Part shown: piece after piece, positions 63,548 through 64,000 of the stretch | How the letters are laid out: every line of letters begins with the position of its first letter | Position numbering within the stretch: position 1 is the first letter of the stretch | Source: Malacoraja senta | Taxonomy: Eukaryota | Assembly: GCA_038087875.1 (NCBI GenBank) | Contig: CM075988.1 | Span: forward strand, 11,410,001-11,474,000 | Reading direction: 5' to 3' | DNA: 64,000 nt | The notes under the pieces: generated by a model | The model's input: only the letters and a program-made list of their open reading frames with translations | What the model was told of the DNA's origin: nothing | The model's database searches: none | Program-made: the position numbers and the translations under genes

Positions 63548-63750
63548 GGAACTGCAGATGCTGGAATGTTGAGCAAACTACAAAAAGCCTGAGGAACACT
63601 GCGGAGGAAATTGATTGGTGGTGTTTTGGGGCGGGACCCTTCTTCAAAGGTCCTAACCCTTTTTGAAGAAAGGTTCCAAGCCAAATCTTCACCTGTCCAT
63701 TTCCTCCACAGGTGTTACCTGATCCACTGTGTTCCTTCAGTACTTTTTGA
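63548..63750. mobile_element. Degenerate inverted Penelope pLTR pair
   Basis: ggaactgcagatgctgg...cccttcttcaaa...tttgaagaaagg. Confidence 0.65.
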
Positions 63751-64000
63751 TTTGATGTTGACTTCTACGTAGAAGTCTGCATAGAATAGCTAGCCGCAAG
63801 CTCTTTGTTCTAAGACAATATGTATGCACAATCAAAATAAATAATATTTTCATTGATGTGCATTAAATCCTCCTCAGGTCATAGTTTGAAATGACTTCTT
63901 GTACTCAGAGATGTACTTGATCTTGGATTGTATTATTAGGTGTGATAAAGTGCTATTTTTTACTTTACTATGGTTAGAAATGTATCTTAGGCCCCCTTCG

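Overview
This is non-coding eukaryotic DNA. The repeat complement (HE1/V-SINE-like tRNA SINEs, CR1, L2, Rex1, L1, abundant Penelope ends) suggests a cartilaginous fish, probably a skate or ray; that is inference only. I found no supportable host protein-coding gene: every recognisable ORF is a transposon fragment. Resolved structures are (1) a complete 1.8-kb non-autonomous LTR element with both LTRs, tRNA-Trp PBS, PPT and 4-bp TSD; (2) two Helitron-like composites with A|TC and hairpin-CTAG|T ends; (3) about 20 Penelope terminal repeats carrying a minimal hammerhead-ribozyme motif, including a perfect 98-bp inverted pair and a circularly permuted insertion, each with a 15-bp TSD; (4) a ~247-bp-arm inverted duplication of apparently unique AT-rich DNA; and (5) several repeat-poor blocks that look like conserved enhancers. 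Coordinates were read by eye, and boundaries of degenerate elements are approximate.
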